The notes beneath the pieces were generated by a model. It was given only the letters and a program-made list of their open reading frames with translations, was not told where the DNA came from and did no database searches. DNA of 64,000 bases. Origin: an uncultured Gemmatimonadales bacterium. GTDB taxonomy: Bacteria; Gemmatimonadota; Gemmatimonadetes; Gemmatimonadales; Gemmatimonadaceae. Below, piece after piece: positions 39,472 through 49,159 of this stretch. Made by a program: the position numbers and the translations under genes. How positions within the stretch are numbered: position 1 is the stretch's first letter; each line of letters starts with the position of its first letter. The stretch is taken from positions 2,816,001 through 2,880,000 of the forward strand of contig CAWKMU010000003.1 in the NCBI GenBank assembly GCA_963850905.1, read 5' to 3'.

Positions 39472-39672
39472 GTGCCAGATCGAGACACCGAAGTAGCATC
39501 CCGAAAGGCGCCCGCCGCGCCGCGCCGTTGGCGCGCGTTAGTGTGGTGGGCGGTGGCTTTTGTGGTGATCGTTTTCGGGTACATCGATTTGGCGATGGGC
39601 GGCGAAACGTTGGCGCCTATTCTGCTCATTGCGGGGTATTGCATCTTCGTACCCGTCGCGATTCTGCGGTAA
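39472..39672 (+). CDS. Small two-TM membrane protein (66 aa)
   Basis: Two hydrophobic helices (WWAVAFVVIVFGYI; TLAPILLIAGYCIFVPVAIL); starts right after the promoter. Confidence 0.7.
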   Translation: MPDRDTEVASRKAPAAPRRWRALVWWAVAFVVIVFGYIDLAMGGETLAPILLIAGYCIFVPVAILR

Positions 39673-39750
39673 CACCCAAGACATGGACGGCCCCCACGCG
39701 TCACAGTGACGCGGTAGTCGCGGCGGCGGTGCGTACGGGCAGGATTGCGA

Positions 39751-39824
39751 GGGCGAATAGCTCAGTTGGTTAGAGCGCCTGCCTTACACGCAGGAAGTCG
39801 GGGGTTCGAGTCCCTCTTCGCCCA
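39751..39824 (+). tRNA. tRNA-Val (anticodon TAC), CCA not encoded
   Basis: Acceptor GGGCGAA/TTCGCCC, D arm GCTC..GAGC, anticodon arm CCTGC-CTTACAC-GCAGG, T loop TTCGAGT. Confidence 0.97.
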
Positions 39825-39937
39825 TGGTGGCCTGGCGGTGTAGGGAATGGCGCGCGAGTCTTGAGTATTGAAAAAGCAGCACCGAATGCACTCTCAGCTC
39901 TGGGGAACCGTGTTCACACCTTGCGGAGGTTCGATCA

Positions 39938-41684
39938 GTGAAGGGTAGTTCTCGGGTCGCCGGCTTCGGCGCCGTGGCGGCGCTTGGTGTCACGCTGCTC
40001 GGCGGAGCCGCCGCGGTCCACGCACAAGCTCCCGGCGCCAGAGCGCGGTCCTGGACCCAACGCCCTGAAGTTGCTGGTCGTGCCAGCGTTTGTAAGCAGT
40101 GACAAGACTCTTGGGTGCAGCGCGGCCAACGAAGTCCGCGATCGGCTCGACGGCGACGTCGACACCAAGAAGCTCTGGGTCATCCAGCAAAACAACATCG
40201 ACGAAACGCTCAAGGCGTCCGGGTTCCCGCCGTGTCAGCCGATTTCGTCGACCGATGAGAAGCAGCTGACGCAGCAACTGCGGGGCGACGCGTACATCGA
40301 AGGGCAGGTGACCAAGACCGCGACCGGCGTTCGCGTGGAGCCCAAGCTCGTGCTCGCACGCGACATCGCCGCCGCGCAACCGCTCCCGGCTGTCGAGGCC
40401 CTCAAGATTGGTGACGCCGCGAAGCTGGTGTCGAAGGAAGTGCTAGCGGCGATGAAGCAGTACGACGGCGAAGAGAAGTGCTACAATTCGGCCCGCCAGG
40501 GACAGTACCCCCAGGCGATTGCTGCGGCCCGGGAAGCGATCGTGGCGTATCCGCAGGCAGCGCTCGCGCGACTCTGTATCGCCAGCACGCTCGTCCTCAT
40601 GAAGGCACCGCCCGACTCGATCATCGCGGTGTCTCAGGACATTCTCAAAGACGACCCGCATAATACCCGCGCCCTCACGATGGCCGCCCAGGCGTACTAC
40701 GACAAGAAAGACATCGACAACGCCGTGAAGGCTTGGGGTGCCCTGTTGGCGGCGGATCCCTCGAACACCGCGATGGTCGAGGACATCGTCACCAAGATCG
40801 TCCAGAGCGGTAAGGCAGACGCCGCCGTCCCGATCGTCGCTGACGCGCTGAAGGACAATCCCGACGATCCGAAGCTGACGGTCCTCTATTGCCGCATTCT
40901 GCTCGCCGCGAAGCACAAGGAAGCACTGGACGCGTGCCCCGCGGCGGTGAAGGTCGATACAGCGTTTGCAGATACGCTGTTCTACGCCCGCATGGCAACC
41001 GCGGCACTCGCTGATACACAGCCGCAAAAGGCCGCGCAGTTCGCTGCCGAGGGTATGAAGAAATTCCCCACCAACGTGACACTGATGCAGGTGGGAGCCC
41101 AGGCCAACCTGGCGGCCGGGCAGACGCAAGCGGGGATCGATTTGCTCAAGAAAGTGCTCCAGGCGAACCCGAAGAACCCGGGCGTGTGGGAGGCGCTCTA
41201 CTCAGCCTACATGGGCCTCAGCCAATACGACAGCGCCATGGCGGCGGCCCATAGCGCCGTCGCGAACGGTGAGGACCCGGGGCAAATGGCGAAGTTCACG
41301 CTGCCGCAGGGCAACGCCTTCTACAAGAAAGGCAATGCGAGCAAGAACGTCGACACATTGCTCATGGCCGTTCGGTGGACGAAGTACTCCGATTCGTTGG
41401 CCGCGAGCCCCCAGGCGAAATTCATTGCCGGGGTCTCCGAGTTTACGGTTGGCTTGCAGTACGATCAGGACGGCTACAAGAACAAAGACTGCGCGACGAT
41501 CAAGAAGGCAGAGCAGATATGGCAGGACGCGCAAATTGACGTCCACGGTGGCGCGGCGACTGCACCAGACGCTGCCGCAACGATTCTCACCAACATTCAG
41601 AAGTACCTGCCTGCATTCCAGCAGCAAGAGAAAATCGTATGCAAGACAGGCGGTGCGGGCGGCGGCGCGACCAAAAAACAGTGA
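39938..41684 (+). CDS. Secreted TPR-repeat protein; +1 frameshift at ~40033 just after the signal peptide
   Basis: SD GGAGG + GTG 39938; signal peptide VKGSSRVAGFGAVAALGVTLLGGAAAVHA/Q in one frame; body (alpha/beta N-domain, TPRs, several Cys) in the +1 frame. Confidence 0.8.
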
Positions 41685-41694
41685 GGTAGGTCGG

Positions 41695-42666
41695 TTGACT
41701 GACTTCGCCGGGGCGTGGGACAGTACGTACCACGCCCCGGCGCTCGTTCGGGAAGTGGTGGATTCGCTTGGTGGCACCGGCACGGTGCTCGACGGGACGC
41801 TGGGGGGCGGAGGACACGCAGGCGCCTTGTTGGCGGCCGGAGTGCGGGTCGACGGTATCGACCGCGATCCCGACGCCGTAGCTGCCGCACTCGCACGACT
41901 CGCGGACGCGGCCCGCTCTGGACGATTTCGCGCTTTCGTCGCCAACTTTGCCGCGCTGGATCAGGTGCCGGCGCTCGAAGGCCTGCGGTACACTGGAGTG
42001 TTGCTGGATCTTGGCGTGTCATCCCACCAACTCGATGATCCCGCCCGCGGGTTCTCGTTCCGACGCGGCGAACCGCTCGACATGAGAATGAGTGGCTCCC
42101 GCACCACTGAAGCCCAAGGCGAAGGGCCAGGGGCCCCGGGAACCATGGCGGCTGACTTGCTCAACACGGCCGGCGAAGGCGAACTGGCCACGATGTTTCG
42201 CGAATTCGCGGACGAACCCAAAGCGGCGAGGCTCGCCCGGACGATCGTCCACCGTCGCGCGAGGCAGCCGCTCGCGACTAGCGACGATCTGGTCGATGCC
42301 ATCCGCGCTGCGTTGGGGGCCCGGAGTGGGCCACCCGATTTCGCGCGGTTGTTTCAGGCGGTCCGAATGGCGGTCAATGACGAACGCCACGCGCTGGAGA
42401 CGGCGCTGCCGGCGATCCGGGATCGATTGTTCCCAGGTGGCCGGCTGGCCGTGATCGCCTACCACTCGGGCGAGGACCGCATCGTCAAGCATGCGTTCCG
42501 TGAGTGGAGCGCCTGTCGCTGCCCGCCTCGCCAACCGATGTGCACCTGTGGCGGCCCGCTGGGGCACGTGTTGACCCGCCGCCCCCTGGTCGCGAACGCT
42601 GGCGAGATCGAGCAAAACCCGCGCGCGCGGAGTGCGAAGCTCCGCATCTGGGAGCGCGCGGCATGA
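41695..42666 (+). CDS. rsmH: 16S rRNA m4C1402 methyltransferase
   Basis: DGTLGGGGH, DLGVSSHQLD, RGFSF, PLDMRM, FQAVRMAVN, YHSGEDRIVK, NPRARSAKLR. Confidence 0.96.
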   Translation: MTDFAGAWDSTYHAPALVREVVDSLGGTGTVLDGTLGGGGHAGALLAAGVRVDGIDRDPDAVAAALARLADAARSGRFRAFVANFAALDQVPALEGLRYTGVLLDLGVSSHQLDDPARGFSFRRGEPLDMRMSGSRTTEAQGEGPGAPGTMAADLLNTAGEGELATMFREFADEPKAARLARTIVHRRARQPLATSDDLVDAIRAALGARSGPPDFARLFQAVRMAVNDERHALETALPAIRDRLFPGGRLAVIAYHSGEDRIVKHAFREWSACRCPPRQPMCTCGGPLGHVLTRRPLVANAGEIEQNPRARSAKLRIWERAA

Positions 42667-42968
42667 CGCCGTCCGTCAGGGCAAAGTCGCGCGCGCGCGG
42701 TCGGTCGATCGTCGCCGCGGTGCTCGTCGGATTCGTCATTGTCGCGACCGCCGTCATCTGGCGACGCGGCTACGGCGTTACCCGGGCGGAGGACATGCGC
42801 GCAATGATGCGCCAACGGGACCAGTTGAAGGCCGAGCGGACCTCACTCGAGCGACGGATTGGTCAACTGACCGGGCGCGCGGAGTTGGGAGGCGTCGCCG
42901 AGCAGCGGCTCGAGATGCACGTGCCGGCGGATAGCCAGGTCGTGGTGCTTCCAAGGGCTGGACGTTAG
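42663..42968 (+). CDS. ftsL: FtsL-like cell division protein
   Basis: Short basic N-terminus, single TM, coiled coil, AEQRLEMHVP; located between rsmH and ftsI. Confidence 0.7.
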   Translation: MTPSVRAKSRARGRSIVAAVLVGFVIVATAVIWRRGYGVTRAEDMRAMMRQRDQLKAERTSLERRIGQLTGRAELGGVAEQRLEMHVPADSQVVVLPRAGR

Positions 42969-43108
42969 ACGTCATATGTTAGACGTTGGACGCTAGAGCC
43001 GGACGCTGGAAGGAAACTTCCGGGCCAGCCGCGGTGCATTTTGCTGACCCCGAGGTTTGCGTTCTAGCGTCTAGCGTCCAGCGTCTAACCTCCAACGTCT
43101 AACGTCGA
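42958..43108. repeat. Inverted heptamer-array element, copy 3
   Basis: Left arm CTGGACG TTAGACG TCATATG TTAGACG TTGGACG CTAGAGC (42958-42999); right arm GTTCTAG CGTCTAG CGTCCAG CGTCTAA CCTCCAA CGTCTAA (43061-43102). Confidence 0.85.
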
Positions 43109-43112
43109 TTTG

Positions 43113-45083
43113 GTGCTTCGCCCCACTCGTATCTCTCTCGTTCATGCAGCGCTGCTGGCCTTTGCCGGCGCGCTGATCGCGCGGGCGGCGTACGTGCAGC
43201 TGTGGCAAGGCAGCATGTGGGCGGCGAAGGCAGCGCACGAGCACGTGATGCCGGTTCCTGTCGGCGCGCCCCGAGGACCGATTCTCGACGCGGAGGGGGC
43301 GCCCCTCGCGTTGACACGCGACGTCGTGCAGCTCGGCATTGCGCCGGGGGAAGTGCGGGACCGCACGGCGCTGGCACGCGCGCTGGTGCGCGCGGGCGTC
43401 TCCCTGCCGTGGGTCCGCCGGGCGGTGGATGTCCGTTCGGGATGGTTCGTCGTCCCGACCCGTCTGCTGCCTGGACAGGCCGCGGCCGCGATCGCGATGC
43501 GGGGGGTCCATGCGACGCAGGTGCCCGAACGCGTGCTGCTTGGCCCGCCAGGGGTCGCCGCGGTCGTCGGACATGTGAGCGCCGAGGGCGTGGGGACCGA
43601 CGGCATCGAGGCTGCCCTGGATAGCGTGCTGCGAGGCGACGCTGGCCGCGCCGTGGTTCTGCGTGATGCCCTGGGCCGCACGCTGGAATCCCCGGCCGCC
43701 CAGGCGGCGCCCCTGCAAACAGGCGATGCGGTCGAGCTGACGCTGAACCGCAATCTCCAGGAGATCTGCGAGCGCGCCCTGGACGACGCGGTCGCACGAA
43801 TGGGCGCCACCGGGGGTGACATCGTCGTGCTCGATCCCCAGGACGGATCGATCCTCGCACTCGCCAGCCGGCGACCAGTGGTCGGAGCGGCCGCGGCGAC
43901 GACACTCACCGAGCCGTTCGAGCCGGGATCGACGTTGAAGCCGTTCATCGCGGCGGCCCTCCTGGAGCGCGGACGCGTCTCACCGACGGATGTCGTCGAT
44001 ACGCACGCCGGCCGACTTGTCATCAACGGGCGGACGCTAACCGACACGCACTTCGCGCCGACGATGACGCTCCGCGACGTCATCCGATGGTCGAGCAACG
44101 TCGGGATTGCACAGTTCGCGCAGCGGCTCACCCGGACAGAGGAGTACGAGGCCCTGCGGGACGTCGGGTTCGGCTCGACGACCGGGATTCCCTTTCCGGG
44201 CGAGTCGCCCGGGACCCTTCGCGACCCGACCCATTGGTCGAGCCAGTCGCCGGCATCGTTGGCGATCGGGTACGAGCTCGCGGTGACCCCGCTGCAACTG
44301 GCGTTGGCCTACGGCGCAATCGCAAACGGCGGCGAGCTGCTGGAGCCAGCACTGGTGAACGAGATTCGGTCGCCAGACGGGTTGCTGCTCTACGAGCGCC
44401 ATCGGCGAGTCGCGCGCCGCGTAATGGGCGCCGAGGTTGCGCGGCAACTCCGCGATATTCTGATCGAGACCGTGGCGCACGGCACCGCCACTGGGGCCGG
44501 TCTCCCGTCGTTCGCGGTCGCCGGCAAGACGGGCACGGCACGCCGGGTACAATACGGTGCGGGCTATGGGCGCAACGAATACACGGCCTCGTTCGTCGGT
44601 CTTTTCCCGGGGCGCGATCCTCAATACGTGATTCTCGTGAAGCTGGACAATCCCAAAAGCAGCTATTTCGGCGGGGCGACGGCCGCACCTGTGTCGCGGG
44701 CCATCCTCCAGGCCGCGATCGCCGCGCACGACGCCGCGCTCGACTGGAAGGCGCTCGCCAACAGCCGCCGCGTGTCACTCGTGGACGCGCCCGCTGCCGC
44801 GGCAGCCGCCGGGGATACCGAGACCACTGGACTCGATAGCGCGCTCGCCTCGACCTCGACGCTGGTCACGCTGGGCAGCAAGATGGCGCCGCTGCCCTCA
44901 GCCGCCTCCGCACCCGTGCCGATACCGGACGTGCGTGGCTGGACCCTTCGGTCCGCGGTGCGTGCACTGCACCATGCGGGGTTGCGTGTGGAGATCGTCT
45001 CAGGCGCGCTGGGCTCGACGATTCCGGTCGCCGGTACCGTCGTGAATCCTCACACGCTCGTGCGACTCGGAGACGGGTCGTGA
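43113..45083 (+). CDS. ftsI: Class B penicillin-binding protein (FtsI) with C-terminal PASTA-like domain
   Basis: RGPILD, EPGSTLK (SxxK), SSN, KTGTA, IPDVRGWTLRSAVRAL. Confidence 0.92.
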   Translation: MLRPTRISLVHAALLAFAGALIARAAYVQLWQGSMWAAKAAHEHVMPVPVGAPRGPILDAEGAPLALTRDVVQLGIAPGEVRDRTALARALVRAGVSLPWVRRAVDVRSGWFVVPTRLLPGQAAAAIAMRGVHATQVPERVLLGPPGVAAVVGHVSAEGVGTDGIEAALDSVLRGDAGRAVVLRDALGRTLESPAAQAAPLQTGDAVELTLNRNLQEICERALDDAVARMGATGGDIVVLDPQDGSILALASRRPVVGAAAATTLTEPFEPGSTLKPFIAAALLERGRVSPTDVVDTHAGRLVINGRTLTDTHFAPTMTLRDVIRWSSNVGIAQFAQRLTRTEEYEALRDVGFGSTTGIPFPGESPGTLRDPTHWSSQSPASLAIGYELAVTPLQLALAYGAIANGGELLEPALVNEIRSPDGLLLYERHRRVARRVMGAEVARQLRDILIETVAHGTATGAGLPSFAVAGKTGTARRVQYGAGYGRNEYTASFVGLFPGRDPQYVILVKLDNPKSSYFGGATAAPVSRAILQAAIAAHDAALDWKALANSRRVSLVDAPAAAAAAGDTETTGLDSALASTSTLVTLGSKMAPLPSAASAPVPIPDVRGWTLRSAVRALHHAGLRVEIVSGALGSTIPVAGTVVNPHTLVRLGDGS

Positions 45084-46588
45084 TCGATGGAATGCAGTCG
45101 CCTGGTGGCGCTTCTACCACTCGGGCGCTATCAGCTGAGGCGATCGGCCGCGCCCTGGCCGATGCAGGCCTGCTCGTCGCGCAGCACGGGCAGCTGCCCG
45201 AGCGCTTTTCCAGCGTGAGTGACGACAGTCGGACGGTGCAGCCAGGTGCCCTATTCATCGCTGTACACGGATCGGCTCGCGATGGGCATGACTTTCTCGG
45301 GCCTGCGGAAGTGGCCGGAGCGACGGCCGCTGTCCTCGAGGATCCGCACCGTACGCGGCTTCCGTCGCTCGTCGTGCGCGAAGGGCGGGCGGCCGCCGCG
45401 CTGGTGGCAGCAGCCGCCTATCGGTTCCCGGCCACGGTGCTCCGTCGTGCGATCGGGGTGACAGGTACGAACGGGAAGAGCACGACGGTCAGCCTGCTCC
45501 GACACCTCTTCGATGCGCCGGAGGCGCCCGCGGCGTCTATCGGGACGGTCGGGGTATTCGTCGGGTCGGCGGGTCGAGCCCTCGACGGCGGCGGCGGGCT
45601 GACCACGCCCGGACCGATCGAGCTCCAGCGCATCATCCGCGAGCTGGTCGATCAGGGCGTGCGGACGCTTGCGCTGGAGGCGTCCTCCCATAGTCTCGAC
45701 CAGCAGCGCATCGGAAGCATCGCGTTCGACGCCGCGATTTTCACCAACCTGACACGCGACCATTTGGACTACCACCGCACGATGGAGGCGTACCTCGCCG
45801 CGAAGGCCCAGCTCTTGACGTATTTACGTCCCGGGGGCGTCGCGGTGGTCAACGTGGACGATCCGGCATGGCGGGCATTGCCCGCAACGGCGCAAACGGT
45901 GCGATTTTCCGCGCTGAGTCAGGATGCCGATGTACGCGCGCTCGACGTGCACTTCGGTCCGCGCGGCAGCACGTGGCAACTGGCAATCGGAGCGGGACCG
46001 TGCTACCCTGTGCGCCTTCCGCTCATCGGAGACTTCAACGTGGCAAATGCGCTGGGCGCGGCGGCGGCGGCGTGGGCACTCGGACTCTCACCGGAGCAGA
46101 TTGCCCTGCGTTTGTCTGACGTTCCCCAGGTGCCGGGCCGACTGGAGGTGCTGCACGAGCATCCGATGGTGCTGCGGGACTATGCACACACGCCGGATGC
46201 GCTCGAACGCGCGCTCGAAGCGGTCGGGCCGTTCGTGCAGGGCCGCGTGATCGTGGTATTCGGTGCAGGAGGGGACCGAGACCGGGGCAAACGGCCACAG
46301 ATGGGCGCCATCGCCGACAGGCTTGCCGACATCGTCATCTTGACCAGCGACAATCCGCGCACCGAAGATCCAGAGCGCATTCTCGATGACATCGAAGAGG
46401 GCATGTCGGGACCGCGCGAACGCATCGAGGATCGAGAGCGGGCAGTCTTGCGCGCGTTGGAGCTGGCGAAGCCGGCTGACCTCGTGTTGTTGGCGGGGAA
46501 GGGGCACGAGACGTATCAGGTGCGAGGCACGACGAACGTCCCGTTCGACGAGCAGTCGATCGTGCGCACCGCGTTCGCGTCCAGGTGA
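45080..46588 (+). CDS. murE: UDP-MurNAc-tripeptide synthetase (mDAP-type)
   Basis: GVTGTNGKST, EASSH, NLTRDHLDYH, DYAHTPD, DNPR, GKGHE. Confidence 0.96.
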   Translation: MIDGMQSPGGASTTRALSAEAIGRALADAGLLVAQHGQLPERFSSVSDDSRTVQPGALFIAVHGSARDGHDFLGPAEVAGATAAVLEDPHRTRLPSLVVREGRAAAALVAAAAYRFPATVLRRAIGVTGTNGKSTTVSLLRHLFDAPEAPAASIGTVGVFVGSAGRALDGGGGLTTPGPIELQRIIRELVDQGVRTLALEASSHSLDQQRIGSIAFDAAIFTNLTRDHLDYHRTMEAYLAAKAQLLTYLRPGGVAVVNVDDPAWRALPATAQTVRFSALSQDADVRALDVHFGPRGSTWQLAIGAGPCYPVRLPLIGDFNVANALGAAAAAWALGLSPEQIALRLSDVPQVPGRLEVLHEHPMVLRDYAHTPDALERALEAVGPFVQGRVIVVFGAGGDRDRGKRPQMGAIADRLADIVILTSDNPRTEDPERILDDIEEGMSGPRERIEDRERAVLRALELAKPADLVLLAGKGHETYQVRGTTNVPFDEQSIVRTAFASR

Positions 46589-48042
46589 GCGACGAGTTGC
46601 TGCGCCCGGCTGGTGCGCCGGGCTTCTGGACACTGAGCCGGGTGGCGGCCGCGCTCGACGGCGGCGCGGCCGGCGCACATGGCAACGGGACCGCACGCAC
46701 TGGTGTCCGCAATCGATGGGTCGGTGCCGATCGCGCCGTCCGGGCCGTGGCGACGGACAGCCGAACCGTGGAAAACGGTGATGTGTTCGTCGCGCTGACC
46801 GGCGATCGCTTCGATGGGCATGATTTCCTCGTCGCCGCAGTCGCGCGCGGCGCGGCCGCTGTCGTCGTCAGCCGGCCGGAACGCGCGGCTGGGCTTGGCG
46901 TGCCGGTCTTCGCCGTCGACGACACGACCAGCGCGCTCGCGGATTTGGCGCGTTTTCGACGCCGTGCGTGGGGGAAGCCCGTCGTGGCGATCGCCGGGTC
47001 GAATGGCAAAACGAGCACGAAGGAGCTGCTGCGGGCCGCCCTGGGCTCCGTCCTCGAGGTCCACGCTACATCGGGGAACTACAACAACCAGGTCGGCGTC
47101 CCGCTCACACTGCTGGCCATTCCTGACGCCGCCGACGTCGCCATAGTGGAGCTGGGGACGAACGCGCCGGGAGAAGTCGCCAGCCTCACGGCCATCGCCG
47201 AGCCGGATATTGCGGTCGTCACCTCCATCGGCGAAGAGCATCTCGAAGGATTCGGCGACATCGCCGGGGTGCTGGCCGAGGAATCCTCCGTATTTCACGG
47301 TGTCGGTCTGGCAGTGGTGCCGGCCGACGAGACGGACCTGACCGCCCTGGCCCGGGTGCGAAGCGTGCAAGTCGTGACGGCTGGGCTGGGCGCAGGCGAC
47401 GTCCGGGCGACGACTTGGCGCGTCGACCCGGCAGGATGTGGCGAGCTCGAGATCGATGGCGTGCAGGTGCGCGTGCCGCTCCGCGGACTTCACAATCTTC
47501 GCAACGCGATGCTGGCGCTCGCAGTTGCGCGAGCCTGTGGCATCGACCTCGCCACGTCCGGGCGCGGACTGGCGGAAACCGCACAGCCTGCGATGCGCTC
47601 GTCCTGGGAGTCGTTGGGAGAGGTCACGCTGATCAATGACGCGTACAACGCGAATCCGCCGTCCGTTCGCGCTGCACTGGCCTTGCTCGACGCCGTTGGC
47701 CCGGGGCGCCAGCGAGTCCTCGTCCTCGGCACGATGCGCGAGCTTGGTGCCGCGTCCGACCGGCTCCACGGGGACATTGCCCGCCTCGCACTCCAATCGT
47801 CGTTCGAGGTAGTGGCCGGCGTCGGGGCGTTTGCGGATGCTCTGGGCGCCATCGGCGCGGCGGACCCGCGTGTCATCACGGCTCGCGACGTCGACGACCT
47901 CTGGCCTGCGCTTCAACCTCGGCTTGCACCAAACGCCATCATTCTCCTCAAAGCCTCGCGAGGCGTTCGACTCGAACGCCTCGTTCCACCCCTGACCGAC
48001 TGGATTAACTCGTCGTGCTCTACCACTTCCTCGTCCCGCTGA
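46585..48042 (+). CDS. murF: UDP-MurNAc-tripeptide--D-Ala-D-Ala ligase
   Basis: GSNGKTSTK, NYNNQVGVP, NDAYNANP, LGTMRELG, KASRG. Confidence 0.95.
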   Translation: MSDELLRPAGAPGFWTLSRVAAALDGGAAGAHGNGTARTGVRNRWVGADRAVRAVATDSRTVENGDVFVALTGDRFDGHDFLVAAVARGAAAVVVSRPERAAGLGVPVFAVDDTTSALADLARFRRRAWGKPVVAIAGSNGKTSTKELLRAALGSVLEVHATSGNYNNQVGVPLTLLAIPDAADVAIVELGTNAPGEVASLTAIAEPDIAVVTSIGEEHLEGFGDIAGVLAEESSVFHGVGLAVVPADETDLTALARVRSVQVVTAGLGAGDVRATTWRVDPAGCGELEIDGVQVRVPLRGLHNLRNAMLALAVARACGIDLATSGRGLAETAQPAMRSSWESLGEVTLINDAYNANPPSVRAALALLDAVGPGRQRVLVLGTMRELGAASDRLHGDIARLALQSSFEVVAGVGAFADALGAIGAADPRVITARDVDDLWPALQPRLAPNAIILLKASRGVRLERLVPPLTDWINSSCSTTSSSR

Positions 48043-49157
48043 CGAGATCGATCAGGGTCTTCAATCTCTTCAACTACATCACGTTCAGGGCGGCAGGCGC
48101 GTTCGTCACATCGCTGCTCGTCGCATTCACGCTGGGGCCCGCGATCGTCCGGCGACTCCGCGACATGTCCGTCAACCAGGTCGTGCGGGAAGGCACACCC
48201 GACACGCACCAGCGGAAGCAGAACACGCCCACCATGGGCGGTCTCATCATCCTGGCCGCGACGCTCGTGCCGACGCTGCTGTGGACCCGACTCGACAATC
48301 GCTACGTTTCGCTCGCGCTCGCGGTCATGGTGTGGATGGGGGCCATCGGATTTCTGGATGACTATCTCAAGCTTCGCCAGCGACGGAACGGCGAGAAGAA
48401 TCGCGGCCTCGTCGAGCGATACAAGCTCGCCGGCCAGATCACGATCGGCGTCGCCCTCGGTTGGTATCTGTGGCGCTTCCCGATCTCGACGCTGCCGGGG
48501 GCCTCGACCACGCTGCCGTTCTTCAAGTACGTCCTCGTGGTGCCTGCTGCGGCCTGGCTGGCGTGGATCTACGTGCCCTTCGTCACGTTCGTGCTGACCG
48601 GCGTGAGCAATGCCGTGAACCTGACCGACGGCCTCGACGGCCTCGCAGCGGGGTTGACGGCGATCGCCGCGCTCACCTTTGCCGTGTTCGCATACGTCAT
48701 CGGCCGCGTGGACACGAGCACGTACCTCGAGATCTATTATCTGCGTGGGGCGGGCGAGCTCGCCGTCTTTTGCGCCGCCATGTTCGGGGCCACCCTCGGG
48801 TTTCTGTGGTTCAACGCACACCCGGCGGAAGTGTTCATGGGAGACACCGGATCGCTGGCGCTGGGCGGGGCCCTCGGCGCCATCGCGATCCTGCTCAAGT
48901 CCGAGTTCCTCCTGCTGCTCATCGGCGGGGTCTTCGTGGCAGAAACGATCTCGGTCATCCTGCAGCGGAGCGTCTTCAAGTTTCGTCGGCGTCGGCATGG
49001 TCTCGAGTACGCGCAGACGCATCGTGTGTTTCTCCGTGCGCCGCTGCACCACCACTTCGAGCTGCTCGGGTGGCCCGAAACCCAGGTCGTCGTCCGCTTC
49101 TGGATCTTGGGCATCCTGTTCGCAACGCTCGCCCTCAGCACGCTCAAGCTGAGGTAA
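48015..49157 (+). CDS. mraY: Phospho-MurNAc-pentapeptide transferase
   Basis: TPTMGG, GFLDDYLK, NAVNLTDGLDGL, FMGDTGS, APLHHHFE. Confidence 0.97.
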   Translation: MLYHFLVPLTRSIRVFNLFNYITFRAAGAFVTSLLVAFTLGPAIVRRLRDMSVNQVVREGTPDTHQRKQNTPTMGGLIILAATLVPTLLWTRLDNRYVSLALAVMVWMGAIGFLDDYLKLRQRRNGEKNRGLVERYKLAGQITIGVALGWYLWRFPISTLPGASTTLPFFKYVLVVPAAAWLAWIYVPFVTFVLTGVSNAVNLTDGLDGLAAGLTAIAALTFAVFAYVIGRVDTSTYLEIYYLRGAGELAVFCAAMFGATLGFLWFNAHPAEVFMGDTGSLALGGALGAIAILLKSEFLLLLIGGVFVAETISVILQRSVFKFRRRRHGLEYAQTHRVFLRAPLHHHFELLGWPETQVVVRFWILGILFATLALSTLKLR

Positions 49158-49159
49158 CC

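Noticed and set aside
39751..39824. tRNA-Val as the attachment site of an island carrying the che/mgl block
   Set aside because: No integrase, no duplicated tRNA 3' end seen, and the block is translationally coupled to housekeeping genes.
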